A stretch of 48,296 nt of DNA, from contig JAXINV010000034.1 of assembly GCA_034190465.1 (NCBI GenBank), positions 1 to 48,296 on the forward strand, in the 5' to 3' direction. Position 1 is the stretch's first letter. Each line of letters opens with the position of its first letter. The notes under the pieces are model-generated. The model ran no database searches. It saw nothing but the letters and a program-made list of their open reading frames with translations, and was not told the origin of the DNA. Made by a program: the position numbers and the translations under genes. Source of the DNA: Candidatus Asbonarchaeum danakilense (GTDB taxonomy: Archaea; Nanohalarchaeota; Nanosalinia; Nanosalinales; Nanoanaerosalinaceae). Below, piece after piece: positions 24,361 to 35,219 of this stretch.

Positions 24361-27300
24361 ATGCGCGTGGAGGGCCACCTGCTGGATGTCGACTACGTGA
24401 TCGAGGAAGACGTTCCCGTGCTGCGGCTGGTGCTGCAGACGGACGACGGACCGGTGCTGGCGCGGTACACTGAGTTTGAGCCGTACCTGTACGTCGTGCC
24501 GGCGGACGGTGCGTTCGACGAGTGCAGGGAGCGGCTGGAAGGGCTGTCGTTCGAGGCGAACGGCGACACGGTGGAGGTCCGGCGGGTCGAGGAACGGGCG
24601 CTGCTGGACGGGACGGAGGAGCGCGATGTGCTGCAGGTGTTCGTCCAGGTGCCGCCGGACGTGCCGAAGGTGAAGGACGAGGTCAAGGACTGGGACGAGG
24701 TCGGCTACCTCCGTGAGTTCGACATCCCGTTCTACAAGCGGTTCCTGATCAACAAGGGGCTGAAACCGCCGTCGCTGGTCGCGGTCGAGGGGGAGGCGAC
24801 GGACGGCGCGTTCGACGGCACGGTTGTGGCGGCCGATGCTGTGGAGCAGGTGGACGACCGGGACGTGCTGGATTCGTCGTACCTGGCGTTCGACCTGGAG
24901 GTCTACGACGACAGGATCATCATGTGCAGCTTCTACGGCGAGGGGTTCCGCAAGGTGCTGGTGCTGGGCGAGGACGGGATCGGGAAGGACTACGTGGAGA
25001 CGGTGCCGTCGGAGCCGGCGATGCTGGACCGTATCATGGAGATCGTGGACGAGCAGGACCCTGATGTCGTGACGGGCTACAACACGGACGAGTTCGACTT
25101 CGACGTGCTGCGCGACCGGTGTGAGGAGCACGGGAAGGAGCTGAAGCTGGGCAGGATGGACGAGCGGATGACGTTCCGCCGCCGGGGCCGGTTCTCGGGC
25201 GCGAAGCTGAAGGGCCGGGTGCACCTGGACCTGTACGCGTACGTGGAGACGGTGGTCTCGATGACGATGCAGTCGGAGACGTTGACCCTGGACAGCGTGG
25301 CGGAGGAGCTGCTCGGGGAGAACAAGGACGAGATGGACTGGGAGGATATCAGGCAGGCATGGGAGGAGAAGGAGGATCTCGACACGCTGGCGAAGTACGC
25401 GCTGCGGGACTCTGAGTTGGCGTATAAGCTTGCGGAGTCGCTGGTGCCACAGATCGTGTCGCTGTCCGTCCTGACGGGGCTGGTGCCGTTCGACACGTGC
25501 AGGACGTCGTACGGGCAGCTGGTGGAGAACTACATGATCCGGCAGGCCTACGACCAGGACCGGCTGGTGCCGAACAGGCCGACGCAGGGCGAGATCGGGC
25601 AGCGCCACCAGGAGGGCGGCTACGCGGGCGGGTTCGTGTATGAGCCGGAGAAGGGGCTGCACGAGGATATCGCGCTGTTCGACTTCCGGTCGCTGTACCC
25701 GACGATCATCGTGTCGCACAACATCTCGCCGGACGTGCTGGACGTGGAGGACTGCGAGGACGAGTTCACGGTGACGGTCGAGCCGGACGACGAGGAGGAG
25801 CTCTCGCCGGCGGAGCGGGAGGGCGAGGATCCGGCGTACACGTTCTGCCAGGATGTGGAGGGGTTCATCCCGGGCATGCTCCGCGACCTGATCGAGGAGC
25901 GGTACGAGATCAAGTCGAAGCTGCCGGAGCTGGATGAGGACTCGCAGGCGTACCGGGACAGGTACAACCGGCAGTACGCGCTGAAGACGCTGTCGAACGC
26001 GTTCTACGGCTATCTTGGGTATGCGTCGGCGCGGTGGTATTCGCGGCCGTGCGCTGAGGCGACGACGTACCTGGGCCGGGAGTACATCCACGATACGATC
26101 GATATCGCGGAGGAGATGGGCTTCGAGGTGGTGTACGGCGACAGTGTAGATTATGATCGGCGGATTATCCTCCGTAACTCGGAGGGGGAGACAGAATTCT
26201 GGAAGATAGGGAGGTTCGTGGAAGAGGGTAACGATGTTGAGTCGTATGAAACACTGGCATTTGACGTTGATGAGCAACGAGCAGTCTTCCGGCCAGTTAA
26301 AAATGCTGTTAGTCATGATTTCGATGACGATGTGCTTCGTTTCAAGACTATCAGAGGACAGACTATCGTAACACCTCAGCATTCAGTCTATTCCTTCCAA
26401 GAGGGCGAAATAAGGCTTGTTGATGCGCGTGAATTGGAAGAAGGCGATTATCTGGTATCTTTGACTGACCCGCCTTCCGTGGAACCGCGGTATGAGGTTG
26501 GGGAGGAGATAGATGTGGCTTTGATGATGGATGGCTCGGAGGAATTACGGGCATATCCTGATACGAGGAGATTTGCGGCTAAAGCAGGGACGTGTCCCTA
26601 CTGTGGAGAGGAGTATGAGAATGTTGCGAGCCATGTGTCGGGTGCGCATGATGATAGAAAAGAGGTTTTGTCGGAAGTAACGGACGATCACATCTATATT
26701 GGAGGTAAAAATGCGAAGACCGGGAGGATTCCCCGGTACTGGGAGATGGATAAGGAGTTTGCGTGGATTTTGGGATATTTTGCGGCTGATGGTTCTGTAT
26801 CGCTAGGAGAAAAAGAAATGATATCCTTTGGCTCACAGGAGAGGCGGTTGATTGACCGGGTAAAAGAGTTTTTCGATACGTGGCTTGATACTGATTTGGA
26901 AGTGGTTGAGAGCGTTGACGACCGGACAGGGAATGTGATGTACTACTATCGGGTGCAACGGAAGCCCCTGGCCCGCTTTTTTGTGGAAGGATTGGGAGTA
27001 GGGAAAGGATCAAGGGGAAAGAAGGTGCCGAAAGTGATTTTGAACGGAGAGAAAAAGCTGAAACGGGCGTTCATCGAGGGCTACACGGAAGGAGATGGTT
27101 CAATCACGTCCGAACACGACGATAGATATGATGTACCGGCTCGAAGGTTCTCGACAGCGAGTACGGACCTAGCGGCACAGGTACAGTATCTCTTAAAGCA
27201 ACTTGAGTTTGAGGAGAACGATTATGGCCGTGCGATGAACGATGTGTCATTTAAGTACCGGCAGGATAAGCCGGAAGTGGCGTCTATTCGGACAACGACA

Positions 27301-28134
27301 CCGGTCGAACCTCCGTATCACAGGTTGCCGTTCACACCGGCGAGAATCACGGAGATAGAAAGAGTGGAGCCTACGAAGAGGAAAGTATACGACTTGGAGG
27401 TAGAGGGAGACCATAATTTTGTCGACGCGGAAGGTCTGATGTTAGTGCATAACACTGATTCTGTCTTCATCAAGGGCGAGGACGTGGCGGAGCGGCCGGA
27501 TGAGTTCCAGGAGCGGGTGAACGAGACGCTGCCGGAGTTCATGGAGCTTGAGCTGGAGGGGATGTTCGAGCGCGGGCTGTTCACGTACACGGCGTCGGGC
27601 GAGGGTGCGAAGAAGAAGTACGCGCTGATCGACGAGGACGGCGACATCAAGGTGACTGGCTTTGAGCAGGTCCGCAGGGACTGGTCGAAGCTGGCGAAGG
27701 AGACGCAGAAACAGGTGATCCGGCAGGTGCTGGAGGACGACGTCGACGGCGCCGTTCAGACTGTCAAGGACACGATCCAGCGGCTGAAGGAGGGCGGTGT
27801 CCCGGTGGAGGAGCTGAAGATCTACACGAGCCTGACGAAGAAGCCGGAGAACTATGATTCGAAGGCGCCGCACGTGGAGGCGGCGAAGCGGGCGATCGAC
27901 CGCGGTGTGGAGATCTCGCCGGGCGATACGATCGATTACGTGGTGACGTCGGGCGCCGGCACGATCTCGGACCGCGCGGAGCTGACACAGTTCGCGGAGG
28001 ACTACGATGCGCAGTACTACATCGACAACCAGATCATCCCGGTGTCGCTCCGCGTCCTGAAGGTGTTCGGCTATACGGAAGGCCAGCTGAAGGGCAAGGG
28101 CAAGCAGTCCGGGCTGGGGAGGTTCGCACAGTGA
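24361..28134 (+). CDS. polB: Family B DNA polymerase containing one intein
   Basis: Exonuclease FDLE and GYN...FD motifs; DFRSLYP, K...N.FYG, YGD/TDS split by the intein; C-terminal PIP-like QSGLGRF. Confidence 0.97.
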   Translation: MRVEGHLLDVDYVIEEDVPVLRLVLQTDDGPVLARYTEFEPYLYVVPADGAFDECRERLEGLSFEANGDTVEVRRVEERALLDGTEERDVLQVFVQVPPDVPKVKDEVKDWDEVGYLREFDIPFYKRFLINKGLKPPSLVAVEGEATDGAFDGTVVAADAVEQVDDRDVLDSSYLAFDLEVYDDRIIMCSFYGEGFRKVLVLGEDGIGKDYVETVPSEPAMLDRIMEIVDEQDPDVVTGYNTDEFDFDVLRDRCEEHGKELKLGRMDERMTFRRRGRFSGAKLKGRVHLDLYAYVETVVSMTMQSETLTLDSVAEELLGENKDEMDWEDIRQAWEEKEDLDTLAKYALRDSELAYKLAESLVPQIVSLSVLTGLVPFDTCRTSYGQLVENYMIRQAYDQDRLVPNRPTQGEIGQRHQEGGYAGGFVYEPEKGLHEDIALFDFRSLYPTIIVSHNISPDVLDVEDCEDEFTVTVEPDDEEELSPAEREGEDPAYTFCQDVEGFIPGMLRDLIEERYEIKSKLPELDEDSQAYRDRYNRQYALKTLSNAFYGYLGYASARWYSRPCAEATTYLGREYIHDTIDIAEEMGFEVVYGDSVDYDRRIILRNSEGETEFWKIGRFVEEGNDVESYETLAFDVDEQRAVFRPVKNAVSHDFDDDVLRFKTIRGQTIVTPQHSVYSFQEGEIRLVDARELEEGDYLVSLTDPPSVEPRYEVGEEIDVALMMDGSEELRAYPDTRRFAAKAGTCPYCGEEYENVASHVSGAHDDRKEVLSEVTDDHIYIGGKNAKTGRIPRYWEMDKEFAWILGYFAADGSVSLGEKEMISFGSQERRLIDRVKEFFDTWLDTDLEVVESVDDRTGNVMYYYRVQRKPLARFFVEGLGVGKGSRGKKVPKVILNGEKKLKRAFIEGYTEGDGSITSEHDDRYDVPARRFSTASTDLAAQVQYLLKQLEFEENDYGRAMNDVSFKYRQDKPEVASIRTTTPVEPPYHRLPFTPARITEIERVEPTKRKVYDLEVEGDHNFVDAEGLMLVHNTDSVFIKGEDVAERPDEFQERVNETLPEFMELELEGMFERGLFTYTASGEGAKKKYALIDEDGDIKVTGFEQVRRDWSKLAKETQKQVIRQVLEDDVDGAVQTVKDTIQRLKEGGVPVEELKIYTSLTKKPENYDSKAPHVEAAKRAIDRGVEISPGDTIDYVVTSGAGTISDRAELTQFAEDYDAQYYIDNQIIPVSLRVLKVFGYTEGQLKGKGKQSGLGRFAQ
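26143..27453 (+). mobile_element. Intein with LAGLIDADG homing endonuclease in PolB motif C (437 aa)
   Basis: YGD|SVD...TPQHS...AWILGYFAADGS...AFIEGYTEGDGS...VYDLEV...VHN|TDS; abrupt shift to more AT-rich codons. Confidence 0.95.
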
Positions 28135-28778
28135 CGAATGTCGTTGTCTTCGGTGACAGTGTCGCGGTCGGCTGCTGGGACAGGCAGGGCGGCTGGGTTG
28201 ACCGCGTCCGCAGCGAGCTGTATTCTCGCGTCGTGGATGACGACGTTCCGTCGTATGAGAGCGGGAACTATGCGGAGGTCTACAACCTGAGCGTGTCGGG
28301 CGAGACGGCTGTCGGGACGCTGGAACGGTTCGAGGACGAGCTGCCGCCGCGGGTCAGTGAGGACCGTGAGACGGTGGTCGTGCTGGCGGTCGGCGCCAAC
28401 GACGCGTACCGGGAGGACGGCGAGCTGAATACGCCGCCTGAAAGGTTCCGGGAGACGATGCAGGAGCTCGTCGCGGCGGCGCAGGGTTGGACCGACCGCG
28501 TGCTGCTGGTCGGGCCGCCTGCCGTCGATGAGGACAGGGTCGACCCGGTGCCGTGGCACCCGACGATCAGCTACTTCGAGGAGGACCGCGACAGGTACGC
28601 GGCGATCATTGCGGAGGTCGCGGATGTGAACGATCTGCCGCACGTCTCACCGTTCGATGGGATCGACGAGGCGGAAAAGGAGGTGCTGCTGGACGATGGC
28701 GTGCATCCGTCGACGGAGGGGCATGCACGGCTGGCGGAGTCGGTGTTGGACGTGCTGGACGACAGGGGCTGGGGGTGA
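28131..28778 (+). CDS. SGNH/GDSL hydrolase
   Basis: FGDSV, NLSVSG, GAND, DGVHP; GTGA overlap with the polB stop. Confidence 0.92.
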   Translation: MTNVVVFGDSVAVGCWDRQGGWVDRVRSELYSRVVDDDVPSYESGNYAEVYNLSVSGETAVGTLERFEDELPPRVSEDRETVVVLAVGANDAYREDGELNTPPERFRETMQELVAAAQGWTDRVLLVGPPAVDEDRVDPVPWHPTISYFEEDRDRYAAIIAEVADVNDLPHVSPFDGIDEAEKEVLLDDGVHPSTEGHARLAESVLDVLDDRGWG

Positions 28779-28785
28779 TCCGGGC

Positions 28786-30117
28786 TCAGAAGGTCTCGAG
28801 GTACCGGTCCTGTTCCCAGTCGCTGACGTAGCTGCTGTACTCCTTCCATTCTTCCCGCTTGGCCTCGATGAACGCGTCGGCGACGTGGTCGCCCAGTGCG
28901 TCGAGGACGGTCTGGTCCTGCTCGAGCGCGTCCAGCGCCTGGCCGAGGTTGCCGGGGAGCATGTCGATGCCGCGTTCCTCCCGCTCTGCTTCGTCGAACT
29001 CGTAGATGTTCTCTCTGACGGGTTCCGGCGGTGAGAGGCCGCGCTCGATGCCGTCAAGCCCTGCTTGGAGGACGACGGCGAGTGCGAGGTACGGGTTGGC
29101 GGAGGGATCGGGCGACCTGAGCTCGATCCGGGTGCTCGCCGGGTCGTGGGCCGACGGGACACGGATCAGCGCGGACCGGTTGACATCGCTCCACGCCTGG
29201 TAGACGGGCGCCTCGTAGCCGGGGACCAGCCGTTTGTACGAGTTGACGGTCGGGTTGCAGACGGCGGTGATCGCTGCGGCGTGGTCGAGGACGCCGGCCA
29301 TGAACTGTCGCGCGGTCTCGGACAGCCCGAACTCGTTGTCCGGGTCGTGGAACGCGTTGCCGTCTTCCTGGAACAGTGACATGTTGAGGTGCATGCCGCT
29401 GCCGTTGATGCCCTCGACCGGCTTGGGCATGAAGGTGGCGTGCAGTCCCTCTTTCTCGGCGATCGCCCGGACGACGGAGCGGAACGTCGCGACGTTGTCC
29501 GCGGTGGTCAGGGCGTCGGCATGCTCGAAGTCGATCTCGTGTTGGCCGTCGGCGACCTCGTGGTGGCTGGCCTCGACGTCGAAGCCCATGTCGTCCAGCG
29601 TGAGGCTGATCTCCTGCCGCAGCTCGTCGGCCATGTCTTTCGGCGACAGGTCGAAGTAGCCGCCGGTGTCGTGCGGCCGTGTCGTGGCGCCGTCCTCGTC
29701 CTCCGCGAAGATGAAGAACTCGGGTTCCGGCCCGACGTGGAACGTGAAGCCCATGTCGTCAGCCTTCTCGACGGCACGGCGCAGCACCTGCCGCGGGTCG
29801 CCCTCGAAGCGGTCGCCGTCGGTGTCGCGGACGTCGCAGATCATGCGGGCGGTGAGGATGTCGCTGTCGTCGTGCTTCCACGGCAGGACTTCGAATGTCT
29901 CCGGCTCGGGCTCGAGCCGCATGTCGCTCTCCTGTATCCTGACGAAGCCCTCGATTGAGGAGCCGTCGAACCAGACGCCGTCCTGGAAGGCGTCCTCGAG
30001 CTGGCTCCTGTGGATGGAGACGTTCTTGACGACGCCAAGCACGTCCGTGAACTGGAGGCGGACGAAGTCGACGTCACGGTCCCTGCATTCCTGCACGATC
30101 TGGTCCGCGTCGGCCAT
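28786..30117 (-). CDS. glnA: Glutamine synthetase type I
   Basis: [53 protein letters not shown]. Confidence 0.97.
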   Translation of the reverse strand: MADADQIVQECRDRDVDFVRLQFTDVLGVVKNVSIHRSQLEDAFQDGVWFDGSSIEGFVRIQESDMRLEPEPETFEVLPWKHDDSDILTARMICDVRDTDGDRFEGDPRQVLRRAVEKADDMGFTFHVGPEPEFFIFAEDEDGATTRPHDTGGYFDLSPKDMADELRQEISLTLDDMGFDVEASHHEVADGQHEIDFEHADALTTADNVATFRSVVRAIAEKEGLHATFMPKPVEGINGSGMHLNMSLFQEDGNAFHDPDNEFGLSETARQFMAGVLDHAAAITAVCNPTVNSYKRLVPGYEAPVYQAWSDVNRSALIRVPSAHDPASTRIELRSPDPSANPYLALAVVLQAGLDGIERGLSPPEPVRENIYEFDEAEREERGIDMLPGNLGQALDALEQDQTVLDALGDHVADAFIEAKREEWKEYSSYVSDWEQDRYLETF

Positions 30118-30362
30118 GCGGAAGGTTTACCCCTGCCGGTTTAAATCGGTGATGCGCCGGATTTTTGTGTCTGCGCGGGCAAGTGTCTGCGGCGAGTACG
30201 AGGAGGGTGTATCGGGCCGCGATTGGAGCCGGGACCACGTGACGAACGGGGGCGGGACTGGGCCCTCGTTTTTCCTTGTTCTCAGATGTACAGCAGCTGG
30301 ACGATGCCGATCTCTGGCTTCTTGCCGAAGCATTTATTGCGAAGGAAGGCCAAGTCCGGGGT

Positions 30363-31268
30363 ATGAAGCTGACAGTCGTCGGGGCCGGGATGATTGGTGC
30401 AGGTGTCGCGTTCAATGTCGCAATCAGAGATGTTTTCGACGAGATCGTGCTCGTCGATCTGGACGAGGAGAAGGCGAAGGGCGAGGCGCTGGATGTCTCG
30501 CACGCGATTTCGTTCCACGCCGACACCGAGATACGGCAGGGCACGTACGAGGACGCACACGGCTCGGACGTGGTCGCTGTCACGGCGGGCAAGCCCCGGA
30601 AGGAGGGCATGACCCGGGCGGATTTGCTGGAGGTGAACATCGACGTGATCAAGGCAATCCACGACAACGACTTCGGCGACGATGCGACGTTCGTCACGAC
30701 GACCAACCCGATGGACGTGATCAACTACTCCAGCTACCGTGTGGCGGACTACGACAGGAGCCGGTTCATCGGGTTCGGCGGCTGGCTGGACTCGGCCCGG
30801 TTTCAGTACGTGCTGGCCAATTACTTCGATGAGCCGGCCGGGGATATACGGGGCTATGTGATTGGTGAGCACGGCGACACCCAGGTCCCGGTGTTCTCCC
30901 AGGTCACGGTGAATGGCAAGCGCCGCGACATCCCGCAGGAGGACAGGGACGAGCTTGAGGAGCAGATGGTGCAGTCGGCGATGGATGTGATTTCGCGGAA
31001 GGGCTACACCGGCTGGGCGCCGACCTACCGGCTGTCGGAGATGATCGAGACGATCGCGATGGATGAGCGCAGGGTCTACACGTGTTCCTGTGTGCTGGAC
31101 GGCGAGTACGGCCGCAGCGGGCTGAGCATAGGGGTCCCGGCGGTCATCGGCAACGACGGCATCGAGGAGGTCATCGAGTGGGACCTGGACGATTCGGAAC
31201 GCGAGGAGTTCGAGGCGTCCGCGGTTAAGCTCGAGGAGCTGTGCGCCCAGGCAGAGGGGATGATCTGA
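30363..31268 (+). CDS. mdh: Malate dehydrogenase (LDH/MDH family)
   Basis: GAGMIG, TAGKPRKEGMTRADL (Arg indicating malate specificity), NPMD, LDSARF, GEHGD. Confidence 0.9.
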   Translation: MKLTVVGAGMIGAGVAFNVAIRDVFDEIVLVDLDEEKAKGEALDVSHAISFHADTEIRQGTYEDAHGSDVVAVTAGKPRKEGMTRADLLEVNIDVIKAIHDNDFGDDATFVTTTNPMDVINYSSYRVADYDRSRFIGFGGWLDSARFQYVLANYFDEPAGDIRGYVIGEHGDTQVPVFSQVTVNGKRRDIPQEDRDELEEQMVQSAMDVISRKGYTGWAPTYRLSEMIETIAMDERRVYTCSCVLDGEYGRSGLSIGVPAVIGNDGIEEVIEWDLDDSEREEFEASAVKLEELCAQAEGMI

Positions 31269-31418
31269 TGCGCGCGGTCCTGATCAAGGGCGACGGCATC
31301 GGCAAGGATGTTGTGACGGCAGTCAGTCGCGTCGTTGAAGCCTTAGACGCCGTTTTCGAGTTTGATGAGTCGCTGATTGGCGGGACGCGATCATCGATGG
31401 ACTCTGAGGTGGCGATCG

Positions 31419-31426
<8 letters not shown>
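31268..31426 (+). pseudogene. 52-codon remnant of an isocitrate/isopropylmalate dehydrogenase gene
   Basis: MRAVLIKGDGIGKDVVTAVSRVVEAL: N-terminal GDGIG motif; ATG overlaps the mdh stop. Confidence 0.75.
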
Positions 31427-32591
<1,165 letters not shown>

Positions 32592-32636
32592 GGCGGCGAC
32601 AGGCTTTTAACGTTCTCGGGATAAGGTGACGGTGCG

Positions 32637-33179
32637 ATGTCGTCTGACCCACTGCGTGGCGGTGAGGAACTGTACTACCAGCGGCTGCTCGGCGATGCGC
32701 ACCGCGCCCTGACCGGGTCGCTGTACGTGAAGGGTGGTGCGTGGAAGATACAGTCGGGCAATACGTTCACGCTGGAACGGTTCCGGAGGAAGTACGGCGA
32801 GATCGAGGACGACGCGGAGACGTACGCCTCGATGCTGGATGCGGACGACATGGCGAAGGATCCGGTCCGTGACGTGCAGAAGGCGCTGGTGTTCGGCTGG
32901 TACGACGGCGATCGCCGGTTCGGTCTGTCGGAGGAGTCCAGCGAGGACTACCTGCTCGACGATGATTTCTACGCGGAGGCGACGGATGGCGGCGACATCG
33001 ATGCGTTCTTCGCGATCCCGGAGGACGATACCAGCATGGAGGGCTGGTACCGTGCGACGGTCGATACCCTTGAGGACTGGGGCTACGACGAGCCGGAGGC
33101 GATGCTGCAGACGCTGGCCGACGAGGTCCGGCACGAGCCGGACGAGGACGACGGTCTGCTGTCACGATTCCTCGGCTGA
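32637..33179 (+). CDS. Hypothetical acidic protein
   Basis: AGGTGA SD upstream, host-like codon use, no recognised motif. Confidence 0.7.
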   Translation: MSSDPLRGGEELYYQRLLGDAHRALTGSLYVKGGAWKIQSGNTFTLERFRRKYGEIEDDAETYASMLDADDMAKDPVRDVQKALVFGWYDGDRRFGLSEESSEDYLLDDDFYAEATDGGDIDAFFAIPEDDTSMEGWYRATVDTLEDWGYDEPEAMLQTLADEVRHEPDEDDGLLSRFLG

Positions 33180-33356
33180 TGTTCTCTTTCTGTACGCGTA
33201 GGTCGCCCAGAACGCGACCTGGCCTGTGAAGAAGACGGCCGCCAGTACACCGCTGAGCGCTGCCCCTGTTAGTATCTGCCGGGTGGTGACGGCGAGGAGC
33301 AGGATAGAGAGCAGGAAGAACCCGTTCCTGCACGCTTCTGCTGTTGCCCTGTCCAT
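33162..33356 (-). CDS. Small two-helix membrane protein (64 aa)
   Basis: MDRATAEACRNGFFLLSILLLAV...VLAAVFFTGQVAFW; follows the flavoprotein gene. Confidence 0.6.
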   Translation of the reverse strand: MDRATAEACRNGFFLLSILLLAVTTRQILTGAALSGVLAAVFFTGQVAFWATYAYRKRTSAEES

Positions 33357-33379
33357 CGTTGTGCTCCCTGACGGCCCTG

Positions 33380-35116
33380 TTATTCGAGGTGGTGGTAGTC
33401 GAGTTCGTGGCCTTCGTCGACGGCGCGCTGGATGGCGCGCGGGATAGGTGGAACTTTCTCGGTGTGGAGCGACATGGTGCCGTCCCTGTTCTGCTCGCAG
33501 ACGATGTTTTTCCGCCAGTCCTCGTCTTTGTCGGGGTAGTCCTCGCGGTAGTGGGCGGCCCGTGACTCGTCGCGCTTGTACGCGGAACGGAGCACTGCCT
33601 CGGCGACCGGGAGCATGAACTGCAGGTTGATCGCCCATTCGAAGTCCTCGCCTGTCCTGTCGCCGTCGACGCCGAGCTTGTCGGCCTTGTGCTTGATCTT
33701 CTCCAGTTTCTGCAGCCCTTTCTCCAGGCGTTCACCGTCCCGGACGATGCCGGCGTGGTCCCACATCGTTTCGCGGAGCTGTTCGACGAGTTCCTGGGGG
33801 CTGTACGTGCCGTCGCCCTCGACCAGGTCGTCCAGCTCCTGGAGGTGGTCGGTGACTTCCTGCTCGACGACGGGCTCCTGTGCGGCGTCCTGGGTGTATT
33901 CGGCGATGTGCCCGCCGAAGATCTGGCCGAACGTGACGATCTCTGCCAGGGAGTTGCCGCCGAGCCGGTTGCCGCCGTGCAGGCCGCTTGTGACCTCGCC
34001 GACGGCGAACAGGCCTTCGATGTTGGTCTGCCCGGTCTCGAAGTCGATCTTGACGCCGCCCATGGAGTAGTGCGAGGTCGGGGCGACCTCCATCGGTTCC
34101 TCGGAGATGTCGACGTCGTTGTATTCTTTGAGCTTCTCGTACATGCTGGGCAGCCGCTCCTTGATGAACTCCTTGTCCTTGTGGGAGATGTCGAGCAGCA
34201 CGCCACCTTTCTCGGTGCCGCGGCCTTCCTGTATCTCCTGGTAGTTGGCCCGTGCGACGACGTCACGCGCGTCGAGCTCCATCTGGTCGGGCGAGTACTT
34301 CTCCATGAACCGTTCGCCGTCTGCGTTGAACAGTTTGCCGCCCTCGCCCCGGACTGCTTCCGTGACGAGCGAGCCCTCCTTCTCGTCGGGCCAGACCATG
34401 CCTGTCGGGTGGAACTGGACCATCTCCATGTCTCTGAGCGGGACGCCGGCTTCGTACGCCAGTGCGGGACCGTCACCGGTGTTCTCGTCGTTCCGCGAGG
34501 AGCTCCGCTTGTAGATCTGGGAGTAACCGCCTGCTGCGAGGACGACGGCGGTGGCCTTGAACAGGATGTAGTCGCCGGTCTCCATGTCGTAGCCGACCGC
34601 TCCTGCGATCTTGTCGGAGTCGGCGAGGAGCTTGGTGATGCAGACGTTTTGCCGGTAGTCGAGGTCGCGCCTGCTTGCCTCGTCGACGAGGGTCTGTTCG
34701 ATGGCGTCACCGGTGTGGTCGCCGACGAAGCAGGTCCGACGGTAGGCCTGGGCGCCGAAGTACCGCTGGTTGATCTTGCCGTCCTCGGTCTCGTTGAAGT
34801 CGCAGCCCCAGTCCTGAAGCTCAAGGACGCGTTCCGGCACGTTCTTGCACAGCATCTCGACGGCCTCTGGCTGGTTGATGAAGTGTCCTTCGACCAGCGT
34901 GTCGGCGGCGTGGATGTCCCACCTGTCTTCGGGGTCGAGGTTGGCGAGCGAGGCGTTGATGCCTCCTGCTGCCTTGACGGTGTGTGCATCGCCGTGCTCG
35001 CGCTTCGTGAGCGCGAGAGAATCGATGCCGTGTTTATCAAGCTCGATGGCGGTGCGGAGCCCTGCTCCGCCGCCTCCGATGATAAGGACCTCGGTCTCGA
35101 TTTCCTCGTACTCCAT
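33380..35116 (-). CDS. SdhA/FrdA/NadB-family flavoprotein
   Basis: GGGGAG, HTVKAAGG, EMVQFHPT, TEAVRGEG, ELDARD, HYSMGG, HGGNRLGGNSL, ESRAAHYR. Confidence 0.92.
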   Translation of the reverse strand: MEYEEIETEVLIIGGGGAGLRTAIELDKHGIDSLALTKREHGDAHTVKAAGGINASLANLDPEDRWDIHAADTLVEGHFINQPEAVEMLCKNVPERVLELQDWGCDFNETEDGKINQRYFGAQAYRRTCFVGDHTGDAIEQTLVDEASRRDLDYRQNVCITKLLADSDKIAGAVGYDMETGDYILFKATAVVLAAGGYSQIYKRSSSRNDENTGDGPALAYEAGVPLRDMEMVQFHPTGMVWPDEKEGSLVTEAVRGEGGKLFNADGERFMEKYSPDQMELDARDVVARANYQEIQEGRGTEKGGVLLDISHKDKEFIKERLPSMYEKLKEYNDVDISEEPMEVAPTSHYSMGGVKIDFETGQTNIEGLFAVGEVTSGLHGGNRLGGNSLAEIVTFGQIFGGHIAEYTQDAAQEPVVEQEVTDHLQELDDLVEGDGTYSPQELVEQLRETMWDHAGIVRDGERLEKGLQKLEKIKHKADKLGVDGDRTGEDFEWAINLQFMLPVAEAVLRSAYKRDESRAAHYREDYPDKDEDWRKNIVCEQNRDGTMSLHTEKVPPIPRAIQRAVDEGHELDYHHLE

Positions 35117-35219
35117 GCGTTCCACCCGGTGAACGGTCTGCTCCTGTATTGACCGGCCCGACATATTAATGGTGCGCGTGGCCGCTACCGGTAAAAAGCT
35201 CCGCGGCCAATACACCGGC

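Noticed and set aside
23257..26382. 1041-aa minus-strand ORF and other long shadow ORFs (e.g. 32767-35040, 41325-42863, 10512-11900, 35166-36626)
   Set aside because: They are antisense or alternative frames of well-supported genes. GC-rich codon bias suppresses stops, and the translations are R/V/L/P-rich with no motifs
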